Origin: Octopus vulgaris
Lineage: Eukaryota
NCBI GenBank assembly: GCA_951406725.2
Contig: OX597825.1
Coordinates: 30,752,001-30,816,000 of the forward strand
DNA: 64,000 bases
Direction: 5' to 3'
The notes under the pieces were generated by a model. That model was not told the origin of the DNA. It searched no databases and saw nothing but the letters and a program-made list of their open reading frames with translations. Shown one piece after another: positions 1 through 12,980 of the stretch (the stretch's first letter is position 1; every line of letters begins with the position of its first letter). The position numbers and the translations under genes were made by a program.

Positions 1-662
1 CTTAAATAGTCTTGATTATTAATTCTGCCATGAAGGGAAACTATTAGGCCGGTGGATTTCCAAGATATAGCTCCCAAGATCATCACAGATCCTCCTCCAT
101 GTTTAACAGCTGGAAGAAGGCAGTTTGGGTTAAATGCTTCTTTTGGCTGTCTCCACACATATACTCATCAGGTGGTTGGAAATAAGGTAAAGGATGACTC
201 GTCCAAGAAAATAACATTCTTCCACTGCTCTAGGGCCCAGTTCTGTAGGTTTTTACTCCACTCTAAATGCTTTGCAATGATTTTTTTTTTTTTTGAAAGT
301 AGTGGTTTTCTGATTGCAGCCCTCCTGTGAAATCCAGCTTTGTGCAGCTCCCGGCGAACAGTTTTTGTGGAAACTGGGTTCTCGGAGAGGTTATTAAGCT
401 CTGCAGTAATTTTCAGAGCTGTACTTTTGTGATCCTTTCTAACAATTAGCACAAGAGTCTGACGGTCCCTATCTGAAAGTTTTGGTTTTCTTCCGGAATT
501 TTGTTTTGATGAGGAGGTTTTTCCCTCTTTCTCAAAGGCTGTCATTACTTGCGAGACAGTATTTCTTGATACACCAATCATTTCAGCTGTTTTTATTATG
601 CTAGCACCTGCCATATGAGCACCAACAATTTAACCTCTTTGAAAGTCTGACAGATCTGTCAT
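1..662 (-). pseudogene. Tc1 transposase pseudogene
   Basis: ORF 168..614 plus flanking in-frame segments separated by stop codons; Tc1 motifs as above. Confidence 0.85.
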
Positions 663-769
663 TTTAATGAATTTTAATTACCTTTTACTGAGGCTATCTG
701 AAAAGAAGCAGCAATTTTAACAAAACATATTAAGCAGCACTAATAATAAACCAAAAAGCAGCCAGTGGA

Positions 770-1890
770 GATATGTTTGCCCAATACAATTCAGCACTTC
801 CACTTGGTGCCAAAATATGATATGCCAGAAATGAAATTGCACACATCTAGGGCAAGTGCAGCAGAACGAAGGACAAGGTGACCCACACTACACACTTCCT
901 AGATACATTGAAAACCATCGGGTACCCTAGATCCATTGTAAATTGACTTAAGTACCCAAGACGACCAACATGCCAAACACATAGAAAACCCAGCAACACA
1001 TGCTTCCTTAAAATACCCCATTTTAGCGAGAGGATAACTACTGCCATCCGAAGAGCCATAAGAAGAGATGGGCTAGACATATAACTAGCCCACTCTGGCC
1101 CCTCTCTGAAAGGATAGCTGGCAAAGAAATTAATGAGGGACATCAATCAATGCACACTAACAAACTGTTCCATCTGTGACACAGATTTATGCCAATGAGT
1201 AAATGCTGTGTATAGAATACAATGTAACAAATGCAACAAGTTCTATGTGGGGAGCACAAGACCGTTACATGTCCGTATCAAAGAACATCTGAACACATCT
1301 TAACATCAGAAAACATCTAGACAGATGTCGGAACACTGACAAAAGCATAACAGTCACAATTGAGGCCAATGAAAGAAATTTGGGTAATTTAAGAATTAAG
1401 AAAGCTATACTCAAACACAGACTAGGACCCCAAATTAAAAACAGGCTGGAGGTTGGTAATCAATATATTATTTAGCTACATCTGGATGTGTGCAGGTTCA
1501 TTTTTGTTAATATGCTCATCTATTGTTTATAACAATAAAAAAGGGAAGTGTAAAAAGGAAGAAAACAAAAGGAAGGTGCACGTATAATACATAACTTAGA
1601 AGCAGCACTTCAGATGTACCAACACACACAAGATTGAGACATGACCAACCTCATGCACTTCTCATGTGGAATTCTGGAACGAGCTTCATGAGACCACTGC
1701 TAAGATGCTTCTGAAAAAAGAAAAGCTGTTGGAAAGCCAATTATAGCAGCAACTCCATCTAAGAATATCTGAAGAAAGAATTCTATTCCAAAATATCAGA
1801 CTATGGATGACTAAATTACAACAGGTATATTGTCCATTGGTTGTATTATAGTTCATTATTGTACCATTCAAAACTTTTTATTCTTTAGAA
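770..1890 (+). mobile_element. Penelope-like retroelement (PLE) 3' fragment with GIY-YIG endonuclease, nested in the Tc1
   Basis: From 1202 it reads NAVYRIQCNKCNKFYVGSTRPLHVRIKEHL (GIY-YIG: AVY..CxxC..YVG.T.R.L..R..EH). This is preceded by FLKIPHFSERIT and a Cys-rich linker and followed by NLRIKKAIL...PQIK. Several stops are present and the boundaries are approximate. Confidence 0.8.
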
Positions 1891-2589
1891 AAAAACATTA
1901 AAAAATAAACAAGCTTTTGATGGTTTTATAGATATTTCAAAATTATGATGCTATGATGCTAAGTGTTTCCATTATTTTGTCCAACCCTTGTATATATAGT
2001 TAAATAAGATTTGGCAAAGCTCATATACAGTTATTGGCAACCAGATGTAATCATATAGCAGAAATGCTCTTGATACTTGATCTACACCAGGAATTCCATG
2101 GAGTCCATACATTTATATAAATAGATAAACAATAGAAAATAGATTAAATGACATTCTCTATTTCAAATCAATTACAGTGATTTAAGTTGCAGTTATTTAA
2201 AATCAGTCGGAGTGATTTTAAATAAAGAATGTCATTTGCTCCATTTTCTACTATTATTTATCTATCTATATATCTACATGTATGTGTGTGCATGTGTGTG
2301 TGTGTGTGTGTGTGCATGTGTGTGTGTGTGTGTGTGCATGTGTGTGTGTGTACGTGCACGTGCACATATAGATATATGTATTCTATATTTGTGGATTAAC
2401 AATGATATCAATGGTTTCATGCAGAAGCTTTACAATTTTTCAAGTGCTCCCCTTAAGAATGTAGGTAATCTGCCTCCATATTGGATGATATATATGCATA
2501 TTTTGTTTATAGAAAACATAAATCCAGAAAAGAAGCATACTCTAAGATGTATATATACATATATATATATATATATGGAAAAAAGAGTC

Positions 2590-2730
2590 AAGGTAGAAAA
2601 TGCTAAAATAATTTTACAAAAGACATTTCAGTACCGGTTTCAGTCATTGAGACTTTTTCAACTCTAAGTATGGAAAACAATAAAATTTTGGAAAAATTAA
2701 AAGAAAAGATTTTTAAAAGAATATTTGCAT
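2590..2730 (-). repeat. Short interspersed element (PLE pLTR-like); inverted copy at ~5140-5260
   Basis: Reverse complement of ccatacttagagttgaaaaagtctcaatgactgaaac(c/t)ggtactgaaatg, also seen at ~5200. Confidence 0.7.
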
Positions 2731-2820
2731 AGTGTTCCAAATACAAGGGGCAGTTTCCTTGTTTCTGCCTGTCTCTGTCTCTCAACAAGAGAGACAGGCA
2801 GAAACAAGGAAAATGCCACT

Positions 2821-2865
<45 letters not shown>

Positions 2866-2909
2866 GATATATGATATATGTACATACATATATGTTTATG
2901 TCTATATAT

Positions 2910-3302
2910 GCAAAGTATGATCTTTGAACTTTGAGCCTCACAGAGGCAATGACTAGTGACCGAAACCTTTGGCGATGTGCTGTGCTTGACAGGACCCATC
3001 AAGCCAAGCAAAGTGACAGTCATGGCAGATACCAGTGTCATGCCAAACTGACACCCATGCCTGTGGCATGTAAATGTACCCTGGTGTCATGCAAATGGCA
3101 CCCGTGCTGGTGGCATGTAAAAGCACCCATCACACTCTTGGAGTGGTTGGCATTAGGAAGGGCATCCAGCCATAGAAAACCATGCTAAATCAGACTGGAG
3201 TCTGCTGCAGCCTTCCAGTATGCCAGCCCAGTCAAACCATCCAACCTATGCCAAAATGGACAATGGACGTTAAATGATGATGAAGATGATGATGATGATG
3301 AT
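2910..3302 (+). mobile_element. SINE-like element with (GAT)n tail (family F)
   Basis: Contains cactcttggagtggttggcattaggaagggcatccagc...ggacgttaaatgatgatga, which recurs many times in the window. Confidence 0.8.
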
Positions 3303-3319
3303 ATATATATATATATGAC

Positions 3320-3510
3320 AGGAAAGTTTACTAAAATAAACTAAAGACGAAGGCAGGTGGAGTACAAACAAACAAATGTATTAGTATAGTGCTCAGAAAT
3401 AGAAATAGAAAAAGTCTTTTACGTTTCGAGCCTACGCACATTGACAGAAAGATACACAGAAAAAAACAAGGAGAGAAAAAATGCGTGTAGGAGCTAACGA
3501 TCTATCATGG
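3320..3510 (-). repeat. Short TA-embedded element (PLE pLTR-like); second copy at ~61840-62025
   Basis: Reverse-complement match to 61840-62025, including gcgtaggctc(g)aaa(c)gta and ccatgatagatcg. Confidence 0.75.
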
Positions 3511-4384
3511 CATCCTGACTTCGATATATGTATGTATGTATGTGTGTATGCATTTATATGGAGATAGGTAGAGAGGTATACATATACACACATACACACA
3601 CAATTAATTATATGTGTGTATATAGAAATATATATATATATATATATGTATATATAAATGATGATGATGATTATGTATGTGTATGGGTGCAGATGATGTA
3701 TGTGTATAGATAGATAGATAGAGAGAGAGAGATAAATAGATAGATATAACTATAGATACACATATGTGTATATATATATATATATACACATATATGTACA
3801 TACACACACGCACACACACACACATATATTTATATTGGAGGTGGGACTCCCACCTCCAATATATGTATGGATGTATAGCTTGTTATTTATTATTTATAAT
3901 ATTTACAAACAAGCACATAATATTTCAATACAGTTACGTTTTGCCTATTTCATTAATAAACCTAATATTTATATAAGTAACATTGAGAAACAACAAAATT
4001 TGAAATGGGTTGGTAACCTTGGATTTTTACCTATAAGGTTTAACAATGCACTTAGAAACATTTCATGCATTTAAGTGATTGAGAAATATATTTGCCATAA
4101 GTAAGTGATTTTTTTCTCATTTTTTAGATTGATAGACAATAGAATTTTAATTTCAGATTAAAACAAGAGATGTATTGTAATTATATAATGAAATGAAATA
4201 TATTCATGAATTTTAAATTAGTAAGTATCTTAAGGTTTTAATTATATCTGATGTATTATGAATTGAAAGTTTCAGTTCTTTGTTCATTGTCATTGATATT
4301 TTCTTTTAAATTCTGAAGCAGCTTTAAAATTTTAGCAGTACTTGTCAAAAGTACACATTGTTAATTATCACAATGAATAATAAA

Positions 4385-4630
4385 TGCGCCCTTTTAAAGC
4401 CTAGCCAGGCTCATGGACCCGGTTTCCTGGTTTCTATGGCGTATGAGTTCCCCAGCTGGATGGGACACTAGTCCATTGCAGCATTACTCATTTTTGCCAG
4501 CTGAGTGGACTGGAGCAATGTGAAATGAAGTGTTTTGCTCAAGAACACAATGCGTCGCCCGGTCCAAGAATCGAAACCACAATCTTACAATCATGGTGCT
4601 AACACCCTAACCACTAAGCCACGTGCCTTC
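4385..4630 (-). mobile_element. tRNA-derived CORE-type SINE (family C)
   Basis: The minus strand has A box tggcttagtggttagg, B box gtttcgattc and core ttcttgagcaaaacacttcatttcac. Confidence 0.8.
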
Positions 4631-5139
4631 ACTAATTACCACAATATGTGGTTGTAAATGATGCATAAGGCCAGGAATTTTGTGGACTGAGTTAAGTCGA
4701 TTATATTAATGTTTATTTTTATGTCATATAAAAAAAAATAAAATTTAATATTAAACTAAAGGATTACTCAATATCTTTTAGCAAAGTATTAGCATTTTAA
4801 AATTTTACCAGGACAAAGGTTAACTGTGACTTTGAAGTTTGAACTTGTTTGCCTTCAACAAACTGTCGATTACTGTATTTGCTGACATATGAGTCAATGC
4901 AGTACATAGTGCAAAGATGTAGTGCAACCATTCAAACATTGTCACAATCTTTCCAAATGCTTCTGCATTTCACAAGGAAATTTTGGTGCTCTGAAGTCAT
5001 CTTGGTGTATCAGTCAACCTACTTTTTTTTGACAGTAAATTTTGGTTTGAAACTTTACACTTATATGCCAGAAAATATGATAAATCAATCCCAATATTTA
5101 AGGGATACTTTATTATCTTTTAAATATTCTTTTAAAATA

Positions 5140-5260
5140 TCTTTTAAATATTCTTTTAAAAAACTTTTCTTTTAATTTTTCCAAAATTTAATTGTTTTTC
5201 CATACTTAGAGTTGAAAAAGTCTCAATGACTGAAACTGGTACTGAAATGTGTTTTATAAA
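5140..5260 (+). repeat. Copy of the 2590-2730 element in opposite orientation
   Basis: Direct sequence comparison. Confidence 0.7.
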
Positions 5261-5674
5261 ATTTATACCTTAAGAGGATGAAAGGTAAAGTTGTCCTCAA
5301 CTGGATTTAAACTCAAAATGTAAAGAACCAGCATTTTATCCAACACACTAATACTTCTGCCATTCCACTGCTCTTATAATAATTGTTTCTAACATAAAGA
5401 CAAGGCCTCAAAGTTTGTAGGGAGAGAGTTAACCGATTTTAACAGAGAATTTTAACTAAGAATGTAAAGAAGCTAGAACAAATACTGCAAGGCATTTTAT
5501 ATGTGTTATAATCCTTAAAATGCTGGATTGTTATAACGCCCACTTCGATATACAGTATTCTTAGTAAAACCAGTAAAGGCACAACTATCTCTGACTGCCT
5601 ACTACATACTCCCCCCGTACTGCTTTGTACTCTCCTATTTATAGTGACCACATCATTCTACTTGTCACATGGGA

Positions 5675-6177
5675 AGGATGTGGCTTAGTGGTTAGGGTGT
5701 TGAAGTCATGATCGTAAGGCTGTGGTTTCGATTCTTGGACTGTTTGATGCGTTGTGTTCTTGAGCAAAACACTTCATTTTCATGTTGCTCCAGTCCACTT
5801 AGCTAGCAAAAATGAGTAATTCTGCGACGGACCGGCGTCCCATCCAGGTGGGAAATTTCTACGCCACTGAAACCGGAAAACTGGCCTAGTGGGTGGAGCA
5901 GTGGACTCACTGTCGAGGGATCACAGGTTCAAATCTCAGACTGGGCGATGTGTGTGTTTATGAGCGAAACACCTAAGCTCCACGTGGCTCTGGAAGAAGG
6001 TAATGGCAAACTTCTGCTGACTCTTTTGCCACAACTTTCTCTCACTCTTTCCTCCTGCATCTTGCAGCTCACCTGTGACGGACTGGCATCCTGTCCAGGT
6101 GGGGAACCAATACACCAAGGAAACCAAGAAACCGGCCCTTATGAGCTTGGCTTAGCTCGAGAAGGAACAAACAAAAA
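5675..6177 (+). mobile_element. Two adjacent tRNA-derived SINEs (family C and a related subfamily)
   Basis: A/B boxes at ~5680-5735 and again at ~5885-5935 (ggttcaaatc); body shared with the copies at 20380 and 51824. Confidence 0.75.
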
Positions 6178-7915
6178 ATGGGAAGGGTGTACCATTATTT
6201 CTATCATCCCTATGAAAATATGATGCTTAACAATTCTGCCAATGCTATGAATACCACAATAATATTAATCTTTTGGAAGAAAATACCACAAATGCTTCTA
6301 TACAGATAAGATGCAGGCATTTTTACATTATCAAAAAAACAAATGAAAAATGAAAAAAAATGGGTGCTATTTTTCTATAAGAAATTATATAAAGCTATTG
6401 GATGATTAAATACATAGGAAAGAATTTATATTCCTGAAGATATAGTCCTGATGTAAAAATCTATGCATTGTATGAGTTTTGAAAGTTCTTACTTTTATGC
6501 AAATTTAGTGCTCATCTCATTTGCATCACTGTTCATTATTTAACACAAATAACTAAACAAAAACATCATAATTCGAGAATAAATTTAGACTTTATGTAAG
6601 AGAATAATCGATTGATAAACCAGCATTTGTGTTTTGGGTAGTAATCTGCCTTGGAGATCCTCATGGCAACTGCTATACATCATCAATTATGTTCCTGGGA
6701 GATTTCTCTAAAACTGCAAATACAATTGTCTTTCGTTTTTAAATTTTCAAATTTCAGTTATTCTATGAATTATTTGGGTTAATTTTCACTTCTATTTTCT
6801 TATTTTTAGTTTGATAGTTTTTCTGTTAGAATTTTTGTGAGTTTTGTATTAAATAAATAGAATGGTATAATATTCTTTGTATTTGTTTTGGGATCTTTTT
6901 TAAGGATGCATATGTGCTGTATGTATTCTGATTTTTGACTTGGTGAGATTGCGTCCTTTTATGCCAAAAGAGATAACTAAGGGAGCTTGGCAACAGGAAA
7001 GGTATCAAGCCAAAATCATTGCCTCTGCAAAATTGTCCAACCAATACTTGCGAGAAAAAGGGGGTATACATTTCAGCTAATGATGATGATGATGATGATG
7101 ATGATAATGACGATGATGATAGGGATGATGACAGTGGTGGTTGTCGTAGTGGTGATGGTCAAATATTTTCAGTGTCTCCATAGTCTGTCTCTGATTATAT
7201 ATGCCAAATCAAACTTCTGAATATACAGCAGTCAACTTGAATAGTGGGTCCCTCTGCTGAATCTACATGGATAGCCTCTCTCTTTTCCATGTATTGTCTC
7301 CCTTTCATCAACCTCCCATAATAGCATTTCCAAGCCTTTCTTCTGCAACATCAATAAGAATGAGTGCATCATTGTCCCTTGGAACACACTTTTCTCCACT
7401 AACAGCTTGATCCATACTGACGTATTGCTTTGCAATTTAGGACATCTCAGACCTCTGATCCTTTCATATGAAAACATTGCCAAACCTCTTGTTCCAATCA
7501 CATGTCTGAACTTTGATTTGCAGCAGGTTGTCTTGTTGAAACTCCTTGTTGTATTCTAAATCATGGTCCCTCTTTCTCCTTCTCATCTTCATTTCATCAT
7601 ACACATCACCAAGAATCTCTCTGAACTTAATGCTTAGAAGTGGAATCATTCAGTTTCTACACTTTCCTACTCTAAATGTTCTTGTTTCACTTAGTCTGCC
7701 CTTCCCTTATTCTAATATTACTTACCACTAATCTATGTTGAGTGATACATTCTTCACCACTGAAAGACTTACTATTCTCAATCATCTATTTATCCCATTT
7801 CTTGGTGAGTTCAAAGTCTAACTCACTTAAGTGCTTGCTTCCTTGAGTAGTAATTGATCAGATGGAAAACCTGTTTCTTAAAGTTAGTGTTGCACAAGAT
7901 TAGATATTTATACCC

Positions 7916-8115
7916 ATTTCTTTACTACCCACAAGGAGCTACACACAGAGGGGACAAACAAGGACAGACAAACAGATTAAGCCGATTACATCGACCCCAG
8001 TGCATTACTGGTACTTATTTAATCGACCCCGAAAGGATGAAAGGCAAAGTTGACCTCGGCGGAATTTGAACACAGAACGTAACAACACACAAAATACGGC
8101 TACGCATTTCACCCG
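7916..8115 (-). mobile_element. tRNA-derived SINE (family A), 5'-truncated
   Basis: Reverse complement of gttcaaattccgccgaggtcaactttgcctttcatcctttcggggtcga...ccttgtgggtagtaaagaaat. Confidence 0.85.
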
Positions 8116-9539
8116 ACAGAACTCTAAAGACCTTGATCCCACTTCATTTTTTATACTATATCCATAATTTATAGCCTACATGCACATCCAAGTAAACATC
8201 CTTTATATTCATTAAAGTTTCCAGCCATGATATCAAAGTCACTGTTATTTATTATCAAAGTGGTTTATAAGTTAGAAACAATCTGTTAGCTTATCTATCA
8301 GTCTTTCCTGTGGTGTGGCTGGAAACAATTTTGCTATTACGTTGCCTATGACAACACTTTTTTGTCATCAATTAAAAATAATTGTTATAGCCAAATAGGT
8401 TGTATTTGTAGTTCTGAATGGTTCAAATCCATTGTTCAAATCCATTAATGTAATCCAACAACGAAATGTTTATGAAAATAAAAGTGTAACCACATGCATC
8501 CACTTACTTTTACTGGCCTTAATCAACTGGATAACCAAATAAAAGTGTAGTTACCTGCAAGATACATAAAGCAAAGTAAAACTTCTCAGCACATAAATGG
8601 CAGCCATGTTAAACATTCTTCATCACATGATCCTTAGGTTGGGTCACATGACATTATCATGCAAAAGCATGCAACATTACAATAATAAATCTAAGCGTAA
8701 TTATTCTGTCACATGCTCTGTCTATCTCATTTCCTTTATATATATCCATTTCTCTGCCAAAAAAGAAGTCTATTCCACCTACCTCCAGCACAACTGTACA
8801 CTCAGAAGAATCTAATTGTTATAATACAGACATTTTATACATTTATGAATAAATTACTAAAGCATCAACAATACATTCTTTATATAGTCTACCACAAACA
8901 TGTAGACAGTATATAGACAAGATACATTATATCACATTATCAGTTATTAAAATACAAGCAATGCATTTTTTATGAGTTTCTTATTATATTAAAAACAGTA
9001 TACATTTTAAAGTGCTATAGGTATTATTTTTTTTAATTGTTTCTTAATTTAGATGCCAATCTAATACCTTGTGGTTTTTATTCTGACTCTCTGGACCCTG
9101 AGTTCAAATCTAACTTAGGTCAACTTTGTCATTCATCCTTTCAGGATCGATAAATATAAAGTAGTACCTTGGATGCCTTTAGTGATGCTTATTCTGTTGC
9201 AAGCATTCAGTGGCCGAATACATTCCTCTCTGCCTCCTTCTAGTCTCAAACGTCCTAAAAGGGTTATTGGCACTGCTTTCCTTCTTCATCAAAAGAAGTA
9301 AAAAAAAAAGTAGGAATCTCTCATATTAGTGCAAGGAGATAAATCTATAGGATAGGAATACTCTCCAGTAAATTTAGCCTCTTAATATTACTGATACTGC
9401 ATAACTCATAGAGCTATTGGGTCAACAAACAAACCTCTCTATGGTCACATGACAGCATGATCACATGACCTGCAATAAACTGGAACTAGTTCTCTGTCAG
9501 TTCTTACTTCTTCCCATCTTCTTCATCCACTTATTTCTG

Positions 9540-10060
9540 AGATGGTGGTAGGGGCAGAGTTTTCAAGCACGCCTTCCATCAGGGCCTGTCAGAAGCAACT
9601 ATCTCCAAATGACCCAGCTGGAACCCCAAGTGAGACCAAGCAAACTCATTGATGTTATCCAACTATCTTGCTCGTGGTCTACACCCGGGTCTCGTGCTTT
9701 CTGATTTTGCATGTAAAAACCTGTTGAGTGGTTCTTTCCTGAGACATTCTTACTATGTGTTCATTGTACCAGAACTGTATTCTCTCAATTCAGAGAAACT
9801 GTGCCCCTACACGGAGTGCTTCTCTGATTTCTGAGCTATACACTCTGTCAAGTGACATTATTTCCATAGCCCTTCCAAAGAACCCGATCTCAGCCATCTG
9901 TGTTTGTGATTGCATTCTCTCCTTACCTCCTTCAAAACAGAAAGACACTTTAGATAATGTTGTCACACTTTATCTGAAAAACGTTGGGATGGTTGTGTTT
10001 GGACTGTCTTTAATCATAAGCAGATCTGGCACCAAGCTATTTAGAACACTAGGCTAGCTC
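9540..10060 (-). mobile_element. Decayed RTE-clade LINE 3' fragment
   Basis: The minus strand reads RMQSQTQMAEIGFFGRAMEIMSLDRVYSSEIREAL...HIVRMSQER; same family as 48430-48880. Confidence 0.65.
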
Positions 10061-10288
10061 TACAATTCATGCTTTTCTCTAGTTTTCACCTAGAAATTCT
10101 TCTAGCTATCACTATCATTAATCCAGCTGAAATACGCCATCAAAAATTTATGAACAAGAAACCCACCATTTTATAAACATTTACGGTATAGGACCAAAAG
10201 AATCTGTTACCAGGTAAAATTTGAAGTGTTTAATACTAAACCATGTTACAGGTCATAATATCACATGCTTGTCCTCTTTGATTCAATT

Positions 10289-10447
10289 CAGGAGTGGCTG
10301 TGTGGTAAGGGTCTTGCTTACCAACCACATGGTTTCGGGTTCAGTCCCACTGCATGGCACCTTGGGCAAGTGTCTTCTACTATAGCCTCAGGCCAACCAA
10401 AGCCTTGTGAGTGAATTTGGAAGATGGAAATTGAAAGAAACCCATCG

Positions 10448-10479
<32 letters not shown>

Positions 10480-10706
10480 GTGTATGTATATGTTTGTGTG
10501 CCTGTGTTTGTCCCCCGAACATCACTTGACAACCGATGCTGTTGTGTTTTCGTCCCCATAACTTAGCGGTTCGGCAAAAGAGACCAATAGAATAAGTACT
10601 AGGCTTACAACGAATAAGTCCTGGGGTCGATTTGCTCAACTAAAAGGAGGTGCTCCAGCATGGCTGCAGTCAAATAACTGAAACAAATAAAAGAGTAAAA
10701 GAGTAA
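10289..10706 (+). mobile_element. tRNA-derived SINE with internal (TA)/(TG) microsatellite and (TAAAAGAG) tail (family B), full length
   Basis: Head ggagtggctgtgtggtaag...gggttcagtccc, core ccttgggcaagtgtcttc, tail aaaagagtaaaagag. Confidence 0.9.
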
Positions 10707-11203
10707 ACCTGTTCTAGGAGTGATTTCTCCCAACAGTGTAGCAAAAGAGGAAAGCGATGGGAGCAGTCTCACAAAGTGGTACTTTTACTAGGGTAGGACT
10801 TTTGGGTCTGCTGCATAGACCTGGATAGGAGCAATAACCTTAAGGACTGCCTCAGGCTGCATACATTCTCACTATACCGTTGACCTCACATGTTCCCTTT
10901 ATTATTGAGTTTCTTGGATTTTAATGGATTAAGAAATTTTGTCTAAGTTGTTCAGAAATCCTGTGGCATCCCTAGACTAAAGTCTAAGGCAATCAAATCA
11001 CATAGTTTGTCTGATGCATCACAACAACTTTCATCATAAGTCAGCTCAATGAGTGTTTACCTTAAGCTGAACAACAACAATAAAACAACACCCAACACAG
11101 ACAGAGATTCAACATAAAAAGAAATCAAATGAATCAATATTTAAATTCACAAAGTAAATTAATGAAACTAAATTTTAACAGACGTTCCAATCTGTTCACA
11201 AAA

Positions 11204-11440
11204 TATCATCATCACTGTTATCATCATTGTCATCATCATCGTCATCATCATCATTGTCATCATCGTCATCATCCTCATTGTCCTCATCATCATAATTATC
11301 ATCGTCGTTGTCGTCATCATCATCATCATTATCATCATCATCATCATCATTGTCGTCGTCATCATCATTATCATCATCGTTGTCGTCATCATCATCATCA
11401 TTATCATCATCGTTGTCATTGTCATCATCATGATCATCAC
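11204..11440. repeat. Compound (CAT/CGT/TGT)n trinucleotide microsatellite
   Basis: Visible repeat; it explains the poly-His, poly-Asp and poly-Met ORFs. Confidence 0.95.
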
Positions 11441-12799
11441 CACCAAGTTTCAAGGGTTTTTTTGGTAGTCAAGAGGGAAGATAGTGTCCATGACTATTTA
11501 GAAGGTTTTAAGATCGGTTGGAAGTATTCTTAAGCCAGACACCTGGCTCAAATGCTTGCAACAAAGTGGATTCTACTGCAGATATCCAAAGGACTAGGTT
11601 GAAGTTTATTTGCTATAGAAAGCAACGACAGGATTTGAACTCAGAATGCAAGGAGCTTCTGGTCTGATATTCTTTACAGTACTGCCAATCCATTTCATTA
11701 GATTGGCACTTTCCATATTTTCATCTTCAAAGAATAAAAAGTAGTATTGTCTGCAGTAGGGTTTGAACTCATGCCATGGTTAATTGAAGCAAATATTATA
11801 AGGCTGTCTGTCTGTCCAATACTCTACCAACTCTTCAAGTGTGCCACTAGTACCAATGGTCAGTGTTTGATGGTGAATTGTGTGTGTAACCTATTTGCAA
11901 CCAGGTGGATTGATTTGGTTAAAGTTAATTGTTTCAGCCGTGTACACATTGCTGTGGTAGTATATGAACTACTGACCATTCATTCATCTATTGAACTACT
12001 GACCAGCAGCTCAATCCATAATTGATTAAATCAACTGCAATTGTTATGAATGCTGGAGCTGAGATGAATGATAGAAAATGAAGCAAAGGCACTTTTATGG
12101 CTCTTCTATTACCGATTATGAATAAATCCATGTATCACGAGGCCAAAATTAAAATGTTCCATAAGCCTAATCATAATGATCATCTCTAGATTATGTATCA
12201 TCATTCAATTCAATTTTACTTCCCTCACTCACTTGTTTTTGCTATTTCAAGGTTTATTTATAGCTAATGCCTCACTGACTCAGGTTGTTAAGAAGGACAA
12301 TGGAACTGTAAAATTAGCCATGCTTGGGTAATCTTTATTTCACTGAAATGGTCTCTGTCATCCCCATAAACTTGGAAAATGGATATTAAATGGGAACACT
12401 ACAGTTGCAAATTATTAATGAGGGACTTTCTATCAACTACGGTTCTTGGAGCAATATGTCTCCTCTTTCTTCGTTTAAATTATTCTTCTTGTAGTCCCTT
12501 ATCTGCTGTAAGTCTTGTGGAAAGAGGAAATAGAACAATAGAAAATAGATTAATCTGTATTATTAATAAAACATATCATTAAAAAGTTTTATCCAAACAC
12601 TGTTAGCTTTGGCATACGAATAAATATATCTGAATATTTTCAAGAACAAACGAAGAACAAAACATAAGCAAAGAAGTCTGTTTAGTCACAGAAACATCTA
12701 TTTTATTCAATTATTATATTAATTTCCTATCACAAAATTTTCATACAATTCCTCAAGGCTTTCAAACCTAACAACATTTTTACAAAAACCAATAGCCAC

Positions 12800-12947
12800 A
12801 TACATGATTATATATGACTAGCAAATTTACTTTGCAACCCTGTCGGTTTAGGTTCAGTTCCATAGTGTGGCACTCTGGGCAAACTTCTTTTACAAAAGCT
12901 TTGAGTTTACTAAAGCCTTGTGAATGTATTTGGTAGGCAAGCCTGTC

Positions 12948-12980
<33 letters not shown>

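Larger units (their letters stand above)
1..1990 (-). mobile_element. Decayed Tc1-family DNA transposon (5' TIR at right end, transposase runs off the left edge), interrupted by a Penelope-like fragment
   Basis: The minus strand from ~662 reads MTDLSDFQRG*IVGAHMAGASII...SGRKPKLSDRD...WKNVIFLDESSFTLF..*VYVWRQPKEAFNPNCLLPAVKHGGGSVMILGAIS, i.e. HTH, first catalytic D and the KHGGGSVM motif, with in-frame stops. A TIR-like end gtgtttccattattttgtccaacccttg followed by TA lies at 1963-1992. Confidence 0.85.

Noticed and set aside
7232-7649. Minus-strand ORFs with FQQDN and IQQRDPL-like words
   Set aside because: Isolated motifs only; no consistent transposase or RT alignment by eye.
10289-10360. 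tRNA-like A/B box heads here and in other SINEs
   Set aside because: No complete cloverleaf or acceptor stem; each continues into a SINE body.
11129-11533. His-rich, Asp-rich and Met-rich ORFs
   Set aside because: All frames come from one (CAT)n microsatellite, with no unique coding flanks or splice context.
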